Of a stretch of DNA of 64,000 nucleotides, positions 55,854-64,000 are shown piece by piece. The notes beneath the pieces were generated by a model. The model ran no database searches. It was not told the DNA's origin and was given only the letters and a program-made list of their open reading frames with translations. Every line of letters starts with the position of its first letter. Positions within the stretch are counted from its first letter, which is position 1. The DNA comes from Schwartzia sp. (in: firmicutes) (GTDB lineage Bacteria > Bacillota > Negativicutes > Selenomonadales > Selenomonadaceae), in NCBI GenBank assembly GCA_052170475.1, contig JBQNAL010000010.1, positions 680-64,679 on the forward strand, written 5' to 3'. The position numbers and the translations under genes were made by a program.

Positions 55854-55885
55854 AACTCGAAATAAAATAGTGGAAATCCACCTGA
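55854..55885 (+). repeat. direct repeat copy 2 (32 nt)
   Basis: aactcgaaataaaatagtggaaatccacctga lies 77 nt downstream of copy 1 and ends 22 nt before the ATG at 55908. Confidence 0.85.
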
Positions 55886-55907
55886 ATTATTCTTGTGAGG
55901 TAGTGAT

Positions 55908-57203
55908 ATGATAATTAAACGAGAGTATTATCTAAAGAAAATGATAGATAAAAGAGAAAACGGCAGGATAAAGATTATTACAGGGATAAGGAGATGTGGG
56001 AAATCATATTTATTATTTAAGTTGTACCAAGAGTACCTATTGTCTAACGGCGTCAAAGAAAATCAAATTATATCTATGGCACTTGATGAAATAGATAATC
56101 TTGCATATAGAAATCCATTCAGACTGAACGAGTATATCAAGGAAAAAACTAAAAACAGAAATACAAAATACTATATTTTCATTGATGAAATTCAATTATC
56201 TATATCGGTGCGTAATCCTTATGTGGATAGTAAAGAAAAGAATATCACCTTTGTTGATGTCTTGCTCGGGCTTATGAAACAGAGCAATTTGGACATTTAC
56301 GTAACAGGCAGTAATTCTAAAATGCTTTCATCCGATGTATTGACACAGTTTAGAGATCGCGGTAATGAGATACATGTAAATCCTTTATCATTTGCGGAAG
56401 TTTACGATTTGCATGAAAACAAAGAGTCGGCTTTTGAACATTATACCGTATATGGAGGCATGCCGTATATCTATAGCTTAAAAAGCGATGAGGAAAAAAA
56501 TCAATACTTGAAGGACTTATTTAGGGAAACATATATAAGGGATATTCTTGAAAGAAATAACATACAAAATGAGAAGGAGGTACTTGAATTACTGCTTGAC
56601 TTCACATCTTCCGCCATTGGTTCACTAACTAATCCGACTAAACTTTCAAGAAGATTTTTGTCAGAGAAGCAGATAAAAATATCTTCCAATACAATTTCCA
56701 AATATCTTAGTTTCTTTGAGGAGGCATATGTTATATACCATGCCAACAGATATGATGTTAAGGGTTCAAGATATTTCTCAACGCCATTAAAATACTATTT
56801 TGCGGATATAGGTCTTAGAAATGCAAGATTAAATTTTAGGCAAGCAGAAGACACACATATTATGGAAAACATCATCTATAACGACTTGCTTCGTAGAGGA
56901 TACAATATAGATGTCGGTGTGGTAGAACACGATTTTAAGAAAGACGGAAACAGAAGAAAGGTTCAGCTTGAGGTTGATTTTGTTATAAACAAAGGACATC
57001 AAAGGTACTATATACAATCAGCTTTGAATGTAGACAGTACAGAGAAAAGAGAGCAAGAAACGGCATCGCTTAAGAAAATAGATGATTCATTCAAAAAGAT
57101 TGTTATTGTAAGGAAGCACATTATTCCTAAACATGATAATAATGGTATTTTATACATTGGAGTAGAGGATTTTTTGCTTAATGAAGCCATCATAGATCTA
57201 TAA
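55908..57203 (+). CDS. AAA+ ATPase of the COG1373 type (AAA_14 N-domain plus DUF4143 C-domain)
   Basis: Walker A GIRRCGKS, Walker B YIFIDEIQ. The C-terminal region has a PD-(D/E)xK-like D...EVDFVINK. 431 aa with AT-rich codon usage. Confidence 0.8.
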   Translation: MIIKREYYLKKMIDKRENGRIKIITGIRRCGKSYLLFKLYQEYLLSNGVKENQIISMALDEIDNLAYRNPFRLNEYIKEKTKNRNTKYYIFIDEIQLSISVRNPYVDSKEKNITFVDVLLGLMKQSNLDIYVTGSNSKMLSSDVLTQFRDRGNEIHVNPLSFAEVYDLHENKESAFEHYTVYGGMPYIYSLKSDEEKNQYLKDLFRETYIRDILERNNIQNEKEVLELLLDFTSSAIGSLTNPTKLSRRFLSEKQIKISSNTISKYLSFFEEAYVIYHANRYDVKGSRYFSTPLKYYFADIGLRNARLNFRQAEDTHIMENIIYNDLLRRGYNIDVGVVEHDFKKDGNRRKVQLEVDFVINKGHQRYYIQSALNVDSTEKREQETASLKKIDDSFKKIVIVRKHIIPKHDNNGILYIGVEDFLLNEAIIDL

Positions 57204-57300
57204 AAATGTTTTGTGTCAAAACCATGGCCACGCGTCCGTATGTCCCTTGATCATCCCCCATGATACAGCGATCCGATCCATGATCCCACGGAGGTATCTC

Positions 57301-58419
57301 ATGTCCAAAGCACCCCAGACGCCCAAGGCAAACGCGGGCGCATTTCCCGCGAAAACCTTAGCGGCCATCGTAGCGCCGCTGCTCCTTTGGTTCCACGCCG
57401 AAAAGCGCTCGCTGCCTTGGCGCGGCGATCCAAAGCCCTACCACGTCTGGGTGTCGGAAATCATGCTGCAGCAGACCCGCGTCACAGCCGTACTGCCCTA
57501 TTTCACGCGGTTCATCGACGCGCTCCCCGATGTGGCCGCCTTGGCCGACGCGCCGGAGGACGTACTCTTAAAGCTCTGGGAGGGACTTGGCTATTACAGC
57601 CGTGTCAAAAACCTCCAAAGAGCGGCGCAATTGATCGTGCGTGAGCACGGCGGCGTCATTCCCCATGAATTTTCCACCCTCTTGACCTTGCCGGGCATCG
57701 GCCGCTACACGGCGGGAGCCATCAGCTCCATCGCCTACGGCGCGGCTTGTCCCGCCGTGGACGGCAACGTCCTTCGAGTACTCGCCCGACTCACCGCCAG
57801 CCCCCTTGACATCATGAAAGAAAGCACCCGACGGGAAGCGGAAGCGGCCATCGCCGCCATCCTCCCGAAAGATGCGGGCGCCTTCAATCAGGCGCTGATG
57901 GAATTGGGCGCCCTCGTCTGTCTTCCCCGAGGTGCGGCGCGTTGCGACGTCTGTCCCCTCTCCCGACTCTGCCGCGCCAACGCCGAAGGAACCACCGCAA
58001 ACTTCCCAGTCAAAGCGCAAAAAAAGCCACGCCGAATAGAAGCACGCACCGTCCTGCGCGTCGAGCGAGAGGGGCGCATCGCCCTCCACCGCCGCCCCGC
58101 CAAGGGGCTATTGGCGGGGCTTTGGGAGCTGCCAAACTTTGCCGGCGTCCTCACCCGCGCCGACGTGCGCCGCATCGCCCGCGATGTGGGCTGGACAATC
58201 GCTTCACTCAAGTCGCTGCCCCCCGCAAACCACATCTTTACCCACGTGGAGTGGCATCTCACTGGCTGGCATCTCACGCTCGCCGTCGAAGACGACATCG
58301 CCGCTTCGCAGCGCCACGACATGACCCTGCCGCCCCTCCACTGGGTGACCATGGCAGAAGCCGCCAAGCGCTACGGAATCCCCGCCGCCTTCCATCATTA
58401 TTTTCCTATGAAAAGATAG
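57301..58419 (+). CDS. mutY: A/G-specific adenine DNA glycosylase
   Basis: WVSEIMLQQTRV, an HhH motif (LPGIGRYTAGAI), a 4Fe-4S loop (CLPRGAARCDVCPLSRLC) and a C-terminal NUDIX-like domain. I chose ATG 57301, which has a GGAGG RBS. Confidence 0.9.
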   Translation: MSKAPQTPKANAGAFPAKTLAAIVAPLLLWFHAEKRSLPWRGDPKPYHVWVSEIMLQQTRVTAVLPYFTRFIDALPDVAALADAPEDVLLKLWEGLGYYSRVKNLQRAAQLIVREHGGVIPHEFSTLLTLPGIGRYTAGAISSIAYGAACPAVDGNVLRVLARLTASPLDIMKESTRREAEAAIAAILPKDAGAFNQALMELGALVCLPRGAARCDVCPLSRLCRANAEGTTANFPVKAQKKPRRIEARTVLRVEREGRIALHRRPAKGLLAGLWELPNFAGVLTRADVRRIARDVGWTIASLKSLPPANHIFTHVEWHLTGWHLTLAVEDDIAASQRHDMTLPPLHWVTMAEAAKRYGIPAAFHHYFPMKR

Positions 58420-58684
58420 CCGACACGCTCTCCCCTGTGCATGGCAAAAAGTGAGCGGCTCCATGGCGGTTTTATCACAAGGATTGCATACTATTTCCTT
58501 ATAAATCCTCCCCATGCAATCTTCATGGTGCATTCTGTCGCTGCGCCCCATGCCATTCGATAGAACCTCGTTTCCTTCCCCTTTTTTTCGCCAAAAATAC
58601 GAAACTTCATTTTTCGCTATTCTTTTTCCCAAAAATCCTGTATAATAAGAAGCAGCTTATTGTAGTAAAGGGGAATCTTTCACC

Positions 58685-59593
58685 ATGAACATCCATCAAT
58701 TGAACTATTTCCTTGATCTTGCCGGCACCCTGAGCTTCACCCAGACGGCGCGCAATTTTTTCGTTTCCCAAACAGCCATCACGCAGCAAATCAAGTCCTT
58801 AGAGGAAAAGTTAGGCGTCCAACTCTTCGAGCGGAGCAAGCGCCATGTGGAACTCACCCCAGCGGGGCAAATCTTTGTGACGGAGGCGCGGAGCATCATC
58901 GCCAAGATCGAGTCCTCCATCACAAAGACCCGCGCAGCCTCTTCGGGCTTCAGCGGCACCCTGTCTTTGGCTTTCATTGCCGGATTTGGACAAACCCCCT
59001 TCCCTCAATTTCTCCATTCGTTCCACCACCAGTACCCCAACATCGATCTCTCGCTGCAAAACGAATCCATCTCCGGGATGTATAACGGGCTGCGCTCCGG
59101 CACCTACGACATCGCCTTCAATTTGGCCTTTGAATTGGATAAGGCGTATCTCTCGAAGGACGCGTTCTTAGAGCTCGACTCCTATCCGCTCTACATCGTC
59201 CTGCCGCCGGATCACCCCCAAGCGGGCGCGCCGACCCTGACGTGGGAACAGATCCGAAACGAGCCGTTCGTACATTACGATCTCATCGACTCCCTCAACT
59301 TGACCAACGCCCCCGCCAGCCTGCAGGAGATCCTGCGGCGCAGTCAATTTAATCCCAATGCCAGAAAGAGCAGCGTGGAGACGATCCTGCTCATGGTCAG
59401 CATCGGCATGGGCATCACGCTGCTCCCGGAATTTTTCCGCAGCCTCATCACCAATACGATGAATTTAGTCTTCATCCCCTTGGTGGGCGGGCAGAACCAC
59501 ATCTCCATCATCGCCCACTGGAACCCGGAACACGAAAATCCCTCGCGGGAAAAGATGGTCACGGCGCTGAAAACCTTCTGCGGCGAGGACTGA
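58685..59593 (+). CDS. LysR-family transcriptional regulator
   Basis: N-terminal HTH (MNIHQLNYFLDLAGTLSFTQTARNFFVSQTAITQQIKSLEEKLG) and a LysR substrate-binding C-domain. Confidence 0.88.
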   Translation: MNIHQLNYFLDLAGTLSFTQTARNFFVSQTAITQQIKSLEEKLGVQLFERSKRHVELTPAGQIFVTEARSIIAKIESSITKTRAASSGFSGTLSLAFIAGFGQTPFPQFLHSFHHQYPNIDLSLQNESISGMYNGLRSGTYDIAFNLAFELDKAYLSKDAFLELDSYPLYIVLPPDHPQAGAPTLTWEQIRNEPFVHYDLIDSLNLTNAPASLQEILRRSQFNPNARKSSVETILLMVSIGMGITLLPEFFRSLITNTMNLVFIPLVGGQNHISIIAHWNPEHENPSREKMVTALKTFCGED

Positions 59594-59609
59594 CCTCGCT
59601 GAAAACACG

Positions 59610-59653
59610 CCAAAAGGGCGGCCCAACGTCAAAACGACGCGGCCGCCCTTTGG
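59610..59653. terminator. bidirectional terminator between the LysR gene and the RND pump
   Basis: ccaaaagggcggcc (59610..59623) pairs with ggccgccctttgg (59641..59653). Confidence 0.7.
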
Positions 59654-59721
59654 CTTTCCTATTTTCCAAATAAATCACTATGCGTGCCGGTGCGGGTGAG
59701 AACCAGCGTGAGCCGCTTGTC

Positions 59722-62700
59722 TCACATTAAATCGTCAGAAGTCGTCTTCTTCACCTTGTGGGAAAAGCCCAAGGAAGCCGCGATGGTCTCCACGACGACG
59801 AAGAAGACGGGGATCAGGAAGATGCCAAGGGCGGTGGCGAAGACCATGCCGCCCACCACGGCGATGCCCATGTTGTTTCGGGCGGCGGCTCCCGCGCCGC
59901 TGGCGATCGCGAGCGGCAAACAGCCGATGATGAAGGCGAGGGACGTCATGATGATAGGGCGAAGGCGCAGCCCCGCCGCTTCCACCGCCGCCTCGACGGG
60001 ATCCATGCCCTTGTCGGTGCGCACCTTGGCGAACTCGACGATGAGGATAGCGTTCTTCGCCGCCAGACCGATGATCATGATGACCCCGATCTGCATGTAA
60101 ATGCTGTTTTGCTGGCGAGCCAATTCCTCTACCAAGAGCGCCCCAAAGATGCCCGTAGGCACCGTCAAGAGGACGGCGAAGGGCACGCTCCAGCTCTCGT
60201 AGAGGGCAGCCAAGCAGAGGAAGACGAAGAGGAGCGCCAATCCCAAGACTTGGAGCGTCTTATCCCCCGCCTTTTGCTCTTCGCGGCTCTGCCCCGACCA
60301 TTCGATGTTGAACCCGACCGGCGCTTTTTCATGCACCACCTCGGTGATGGCCGCCATGGCCTGCCCGGAGCTGTATCCGGGCGCCTCATTGCCTTGGATC
60401 GTCACCGAGCGAGCCGCGTTGAAGCGGCTGATGATGGACGCGCCGGTATTGACGCGGGGACTTAAGAGGGTATCAAGCGGCACCAAGGTTCCCGTATTGC
60501 TCTTGACGAAGACGAATTTCATCGCCTCCGCCTCCTTGCGGTACATGGTATCCGACTGCACGACGACCTTGTAGCTGCGGCCGAACTGATTGAAGTCATT
60601 GACCTCGTAGCCGCCGAAATTCACTTGCAGCGCGGTGAAGACGTCCGACAGGCTGACGCCTAAATTTTTCACCTTCTCCCGATCCACGTCAAACTGATAG
60701 ATCGGCGAATTGATGGAAAACGTCGAGTAGACGCCCTGCAGCTCCGGCCGCTGATTGGCCGCGACGACGATCTCCTGCGTGATCGCCGCAAGCTCCGCAT
60801 CCGTATGCCCGGACATGTCCTGAAGCTGGAGATTAAAGCCACCGACGTTCCCCAAGCCGGGGAGGGATGGCGGATTGAAGGCGATGACCCGCGCCTCGGG
60901 GATGATCTCTGCCCCCATGCCGAAGGCGCGCCCGATCTGCGCATTGACGCTCAAGTCCGCACTCGTGCGCTTTGACCACTCCTCCAGCCCGATGAACATG
61001 ACCCCGGCATTGGACTTCGTCCCGCCGGAGAGCATATCGAAGCCGATGATGTTCATGACGAAGCGAACCCCCGGATTTTGTTCCAAGGCCGCCGCCAATT
61101 TCGTCATGGATTCCTCCGTACGGTTCAGCGACGTCCCTTCGGGAAGCGCCACGGAAACGACATAATACCCCTGATCTTCCGCCGGTACGAAGGCGGAAGG
61201 CACGAGACGGTAGAGAACGCCCGTCAGGACGACAATGGTGAGCAGCACCGCCGAAGCGATCTTCGCGTGGTGGATGAACCAAGAAACGCCGCCCAAATAG
61301 CGCTTCGTCGTGCGGTCAAACCAATCGTTGAAGCGATGGAAGAAGCGGTCGAGCGCCCCCTGCTCCGCCTCCGGGCGGTGCGGCTTTAAGAGAAGCGCGC
61401 AGAGCGCCGGGGTCAAAGTGAGGGCGATGAACGCGGAGATCGCCATGGAGATGGCGATGGTGAGAGCGAACTGCTTGTAGAGGACGCCCATCATACCGCC
61501 CAAGAAGGCCACCGGCACGAACACCGCCGCCAAGACGAAGGCGATCGCCACGACCGGCCCTTGCACTTCGTCCATGGCGATTTCCGTCGCCTCCTTCGGT
61601 GCGAGGTGACGCTCCGTCATGTTGCGCTCCACATTCTCGATGACGACGATGGCGTCGTCCACGACGAGACCGATGGCCAGCACCATGGCAAAGAGCGTCA
61701 GGGTGTTGATGGTGAAGTCTAAGAGAACGAAGGCGCCAAAGGTGGCGATGAGGGACACCGGCACCGCCAACATGGGAATGATCGTCGCCCGAAAGCTCTG
61801 GAGGAACAGGAAGACGATGAGCATGACCAAGAGCAGCGCTTCCACAAAGGTGTGCACGACCTCTTCCAAGGAGGCTCGAATGTATTCAGTGCTGTCCACG
61901 ATCTCCATGTACTTCATGTCGGGCGGGAAATTCGGCTCCGCTTCGGCGATGATCTTTCTGACCGCGCTGACCGTTTCCATGGCGTTGGCGTCGCTCGTGA
62001 GCTGGACGCCGAAGGCGAGGCCAACGTGACCGTTTGCCTTCGATTGGATCGTGTTGGAGCGCGCCCCCGTCTCGATGCGGGCGATGTCTTTAAGGCGGAC
62101 GAAGGAGCCGTTCTCCCCCGCGCGCACGATGACGTTGCCAAACTCTTCCGGCGTCGTCAAGCGACCAGACACCTTGCCGGTGTACTGCTTTTCCTGCGTG
62201 GCGGGAGCCGGAAGCTGGCCGATGGTGCCCGCCGGCGCCTGCACGTTCTGCTCTCGGATAGCCGTCGTCACGTCCGTTACAGTCAGGCCAAGCTCCGCCA
62301 AGCGATCCGGGTTCATCCAGACCCGCATGGAGTAATCGGGGCCGAAGATATTGACATCGCCGACGCCGGGCACGCGCTTGATCTGGTCGATGAGGTAGAT
62401 GCTGGCGTAATTTTTGAGGAACTCGCGGCTGTAAGTCCCCTCCGGCGAATAGAGGGCGCTGATGAGCGCCATGTCGCTGGAGGCTTTTTTCGTCGTGACG
62501 CCGAAGGCCTGTACCTCGCTCGGGAGACTCGCCTGCGCGATGGCCACGTTGTTTTGCACCTTCACCGCGTCCATGTCGCTGTCCGTCCCCAGCTCGAAGA
62601 CCACCGACAGGCTGTATCGTCCGCTGTCGTCTGCGTTCGCCGACATGTAGTCCATGCCTTGCGTGCCGTTGACCTGCTCCTCGATGATCTGCGCCACCGT

Positions 62701-62877
62701 CTCGTTGACGACGCTGGCGTTTGCCCCGACGTAATTCGCCGAGACGTTGACCGTCGGCGGCGAGATCTGGGGGTACTGGGCGATGGGCAGACTAAAGGCC
62801 GATAAGAGACCCAAGATCACCATCATCAACGAGATGACGATGGCGAAGATCGGGCGCTGAATAAAGAACTTAGGCAA
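59722..62877 (-). CDS. RND efflux pump inner-membrane transporter (AcrB/HAE1 family)
   Basis: 1051 aa. MPKFFIQRPIFAIVISL N-terminus, a 12-TM layout with two large periplasmic loops, and conserved VLAIGLVVDDAIVVIEN. Confidence 0.92.
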   Translation of the reverse strand: MPKFFIQRPIFAIVISLMMVILGLLSAFSLPIAQYPQISPPTVNVSANYVGANASVVNETVAQIIEEQVNGTQGMDYMSANADDSGRYSLSVVFELGTDSDMDAVKVQNNVAIAQASLPSEVQAFGVTTKKASSDMALISALYSPEGTYSREFLKNYASIYLIDQIKRVPGVGDVNIFGPDYSMRVWMNPDRLAELGLTVTDVTTAIREQNVQAPAGTIGQLPAPATQEKQYTGKVSGRLTTPEEFGNVIVRAGENGSFVRLKDIARIETGARSNTIQSKANGHVGLAFGVQLTSDANAMETVSAVRKIIAEAEPNFPPDMKYMEIVDSTEYIRASLEEVVHTFVEALLLVMLIVFLFLQSFRATIIPMLAVPVSLIATFGAFVLLDFTINTLTLFAMVLAIGLVVDDAIVVIENVERNMTERHLAPKEATEIAMDEVQGPVVAIAFVLAAVFVPVAFLGGMMGVLYKQFALTIAISMAISAFIALTLTPALCALLLKPHRPEAEQGALDRFFHRFNDWFDRTTKRYLGGVSWFIHHAKIASAVLLTIVVLTGVLYRLVPSAFVPAEDQGYYVVSVALPEGTSLNRTEESMTKLAAALEQNPGVRFVMNIIGFDMLSGGTKSNAGVMFIGLEEWSKRTSADLSVNAQIGRAFGMGAEIIPEARVIAFNPPSLPGLGNVGGFNLQLQDMSGHTDAELAAITQEIVVAANQRPELQGVYSTFSINSPIYQFDVDREKVKNLGVSLSDVFTALQVNFGGYEVNDFNQFGRSYKVVVQSDTMYRKEAEAMKFVFVKSNTGTLVPLDTLLSPRVNTGASIISRFNAARSVTIQGNEAPGYSSGQAMAAITEVVHEKAPVGFNIEWSGQSREEQKAGDKTLQVLGLALLFVFLCLAALYESWSVPFAVLLTVPTGIFGALLVEELARQQNSIYMQIGVIMIIGLAAKNAILIVEFAKVRTDKGMDPVEAAVEAAGLRLRPIIMTSLAFIIGCLPLAIASGAGAAARNNMGIAVVGGMVFATALGIFLIPVFFVVVETIAASLGFSHKVKKTTSDDLM

Positions 62878-62889
62878 AATGTAACCCCC

Positions 62890-64000
62890 TTACGACTGCG
62901 CCGTCGTCTTTTCCGTCGGGGCGGCCTTGAGGGTAAAGCCCATCTCCTCCGGCGTGACCATGGTGACGTTCATCTCCATGCCGGCTTGGAGCTTCGTCAG
63001 CCCCTCCACGACCACCACGTCGCCGGGATTGACGCCGCTCTTGATGATGTAATAGCTGCCGATCTTCTCCCCTAATTCCACGTTGCGCGTCTCCGATTTG
63101 TTGTCGGCGCCCACCACGACGACGAAGGTCTTGTCTAAAATTTGCTGAATCGCCCGCTGGGGCACCAAGATCGCATGAGGAACGACTTCGCCGCCGAGGC
63201 GCACCCGGGCGAACATCCCCGGGAGCAGCATCCCCTTGGGATTGGCAAAGAGCGCTTTCACCGTCAGCGTCCCCGTATTGGAGGAGAGCGCACGATCCGC
63301 CTGCACCAGCTTCCCCGTGACGGGGTACTCCATGCCATTCGACAGCGTGATGGTTACCGTGGCGTTGTCCATGCTGCCGGAATTTAGCTCATGGAGGCGC
63401 AAGAAGGCGAGATACTGCGTCTCGGAAATGCTGAACTGCACGTAGACGGGATCCACCGACCCCACCGTCACCAGCGCCGTCTGCCCCGCGTTGGCGTACG
63501 TACCGACCGCCACGTCATTGACGTCCAAGCGCCCATCCAAGGGCGCATACACCGTGGTGTCGTCCAAATTCTCCTGCGCTCGCTTCAAGAGAGCCGCATT
63601 CGCCGCCACCATCGCCTCGTACTCATGCACTCTGGCTCTCTGTGTGGTGACCGTCTGCTCGGCGATGGCCGCCGACGCCAAAAGCTGTTCATCCCGCTGC
63701 AAGTCGATGCGGGCGTTGTCGAGGGTCGCCTCCGACTGCGCCAAGGTCGCCCGCGCCGAGAGCACCGCCGACTCATACTGGCGGGAGTCGATGCGATAGA
63801 GCGGATCTCCCTCCCGCACAAACTGACCGCCAGTAAAGAATTTCTCCACAATCGTCCCCGATACCCGTGGCAGGATCTTGACTTCATCGAAGCCCCGCAC
63901 CTGTCCGGCGTATTCCGACGTCAGCGGCGTATCCTGCTGGAGCGCCGCCATCGCCTTGACGGCTACCGCGCCGCCGCCGACACGCTGCCCGTCGCCGCCG
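62890..64000 (-). CDS. RND efflux periplasmic adaptor (membrane fusion protein); the 5' end is probably outside the window
   Basis: HlyD/AcrA-like lipoyl and coiled-coil regions (ILPRVSGTIVEKFF...). The frame stays open upstream of the tracked ATG 63951 to the window edge (GGDGQRVGGGAVAVKA-M...). Confidence 0.85.
   Translation of the reverse strand, partial: GGDGQRVGGGAVAVKAMAALQQDTPLTSEYAGQVRGFDEVKILPRVSGTIVEKFFTGGQFVREGDPLYRIDSRQYESAVLSARATLAQSEATLDNARIDLQRDEQLLASAAIAEQTVTTQRARVHEYEAMVAANAALLKRAQENLDDTTVYAPLDGRLDVNDVAVGTYANAGQTALVTVGSVDPVYVQFSISETQYLAFLRLHELNSGSMDNATVTITLSNGMEYPVTGKLVQADRALSSNTGTLTVKALFANPKGMLLPGMFARVRLGGEVVPHAILVPQRAIQQILDKTFVVVVGADNKSETRNVELGEKIGSYYIIKSGVNPGDVVVVEGLTKLQAGMEMNVTMVTPEEMGFTLKAAPTEKTTAQS

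Larger units (their letters stand above)
55771..57216. other. AT-rich (about half the flanking GC by eye) insertion carrying a single gene
   Basis: Composition switches abruptly at ~55770 and ~57220. The 9-bp inverted repeat acacaaaac (55771..55779) / gttttgtgt (57208..57216) coincides with the two boundaries. Confidence 0.6.

Noticed and set aside
55777-55885. Possible mini-CRISPR array formed by the two 32-nt repeats.
   Set aside because: There are only two imperfect copies, a single 45-nt spacer and no cas genes anywhere in the window. The repeats sit in a promoter-proximal position. I treat them as ordinary direct repeats.
1-64000. Search for tRNA, rRNA, tmRNA or other structured RNA genes, integrases and toxin-antitoxin pairs.
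   Set aside because: I saw no cloverleaf-like or rRNA-like segments in the intergenic regions, which are mostly short and occupied by promoters and terminators. I saw no integrase or recombinase and no small overlapping gene pairs. The only transposase is the ISL3 relic.

Overview
This is 64 kb of high-GC chromosome, roughly 60% GC by eye-count of sample lines. It looks like a diderm Firmicute of the Negativicutes type: it has an SLH-anchored OmpM-like porin, Firmicute-style operons and AGGAGG-type ribosome-binding sites. That taxonomic placement is an inference.

Most of the window is core metabolism on the minus strand:
- A Fur-family regulator, hemZ-like gene, hisS and aspS in one operon.
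- cobO.
- A complete argCJBDFGH arginine operon.
- pncB.
- Two paralogous Nik/Opp-type (family-5 binding protein) ABC importers.
- A heavy-metal P-type ATPase with a separately encoded HMA protein.
- A membrane metallophosphoesterase.
- A soluble FIST-domain chemoreceptor.
- A three-gene [FeFe]-hydrogenase cluster (NuoE-like, NuoF-like, HydA).
- Nicotinamidase-like and Sir2 genes.
- Two c-di-GMP turnover genes.
- The tsaE-tsaB-rimI-tsaD operon, mutY, a LysR regulator and an RND efflux pair that runs off the right edge.

The points most worth a second look:
- (i) A clear cobalamin riboswitch sits in front of one of the two Nik/Opp-type transporters, which suggests cobalt uptake.
- (ii) The paralogous transporter instead has a perfect 10-2-10 palindrome in its leader.
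- (iii) HydA encodes Ser where the proton-relay Cys of the TSCCPxW motif is expected, and it is paired with a minimal NuoF-like partner.
- (iv) A ~1.45 kb strongly AT-rich insertion carries a COG1373-type AAA+/DUF4143 gene preceded by two 32-nt direct repeats.
- (v) A decayed ISL3 transposase lies next to a 35-nt hairpin element that recurs 18 kb away.
- (vi) An uncharacterised three-gene envelope cluster sits at the left end.

I saw no rRNA, tRNA or CRISPR array. I cannot point to a convincing multi-gene novel system, so the candidates above are single loci or regulatory oddities and are scored accordingly.
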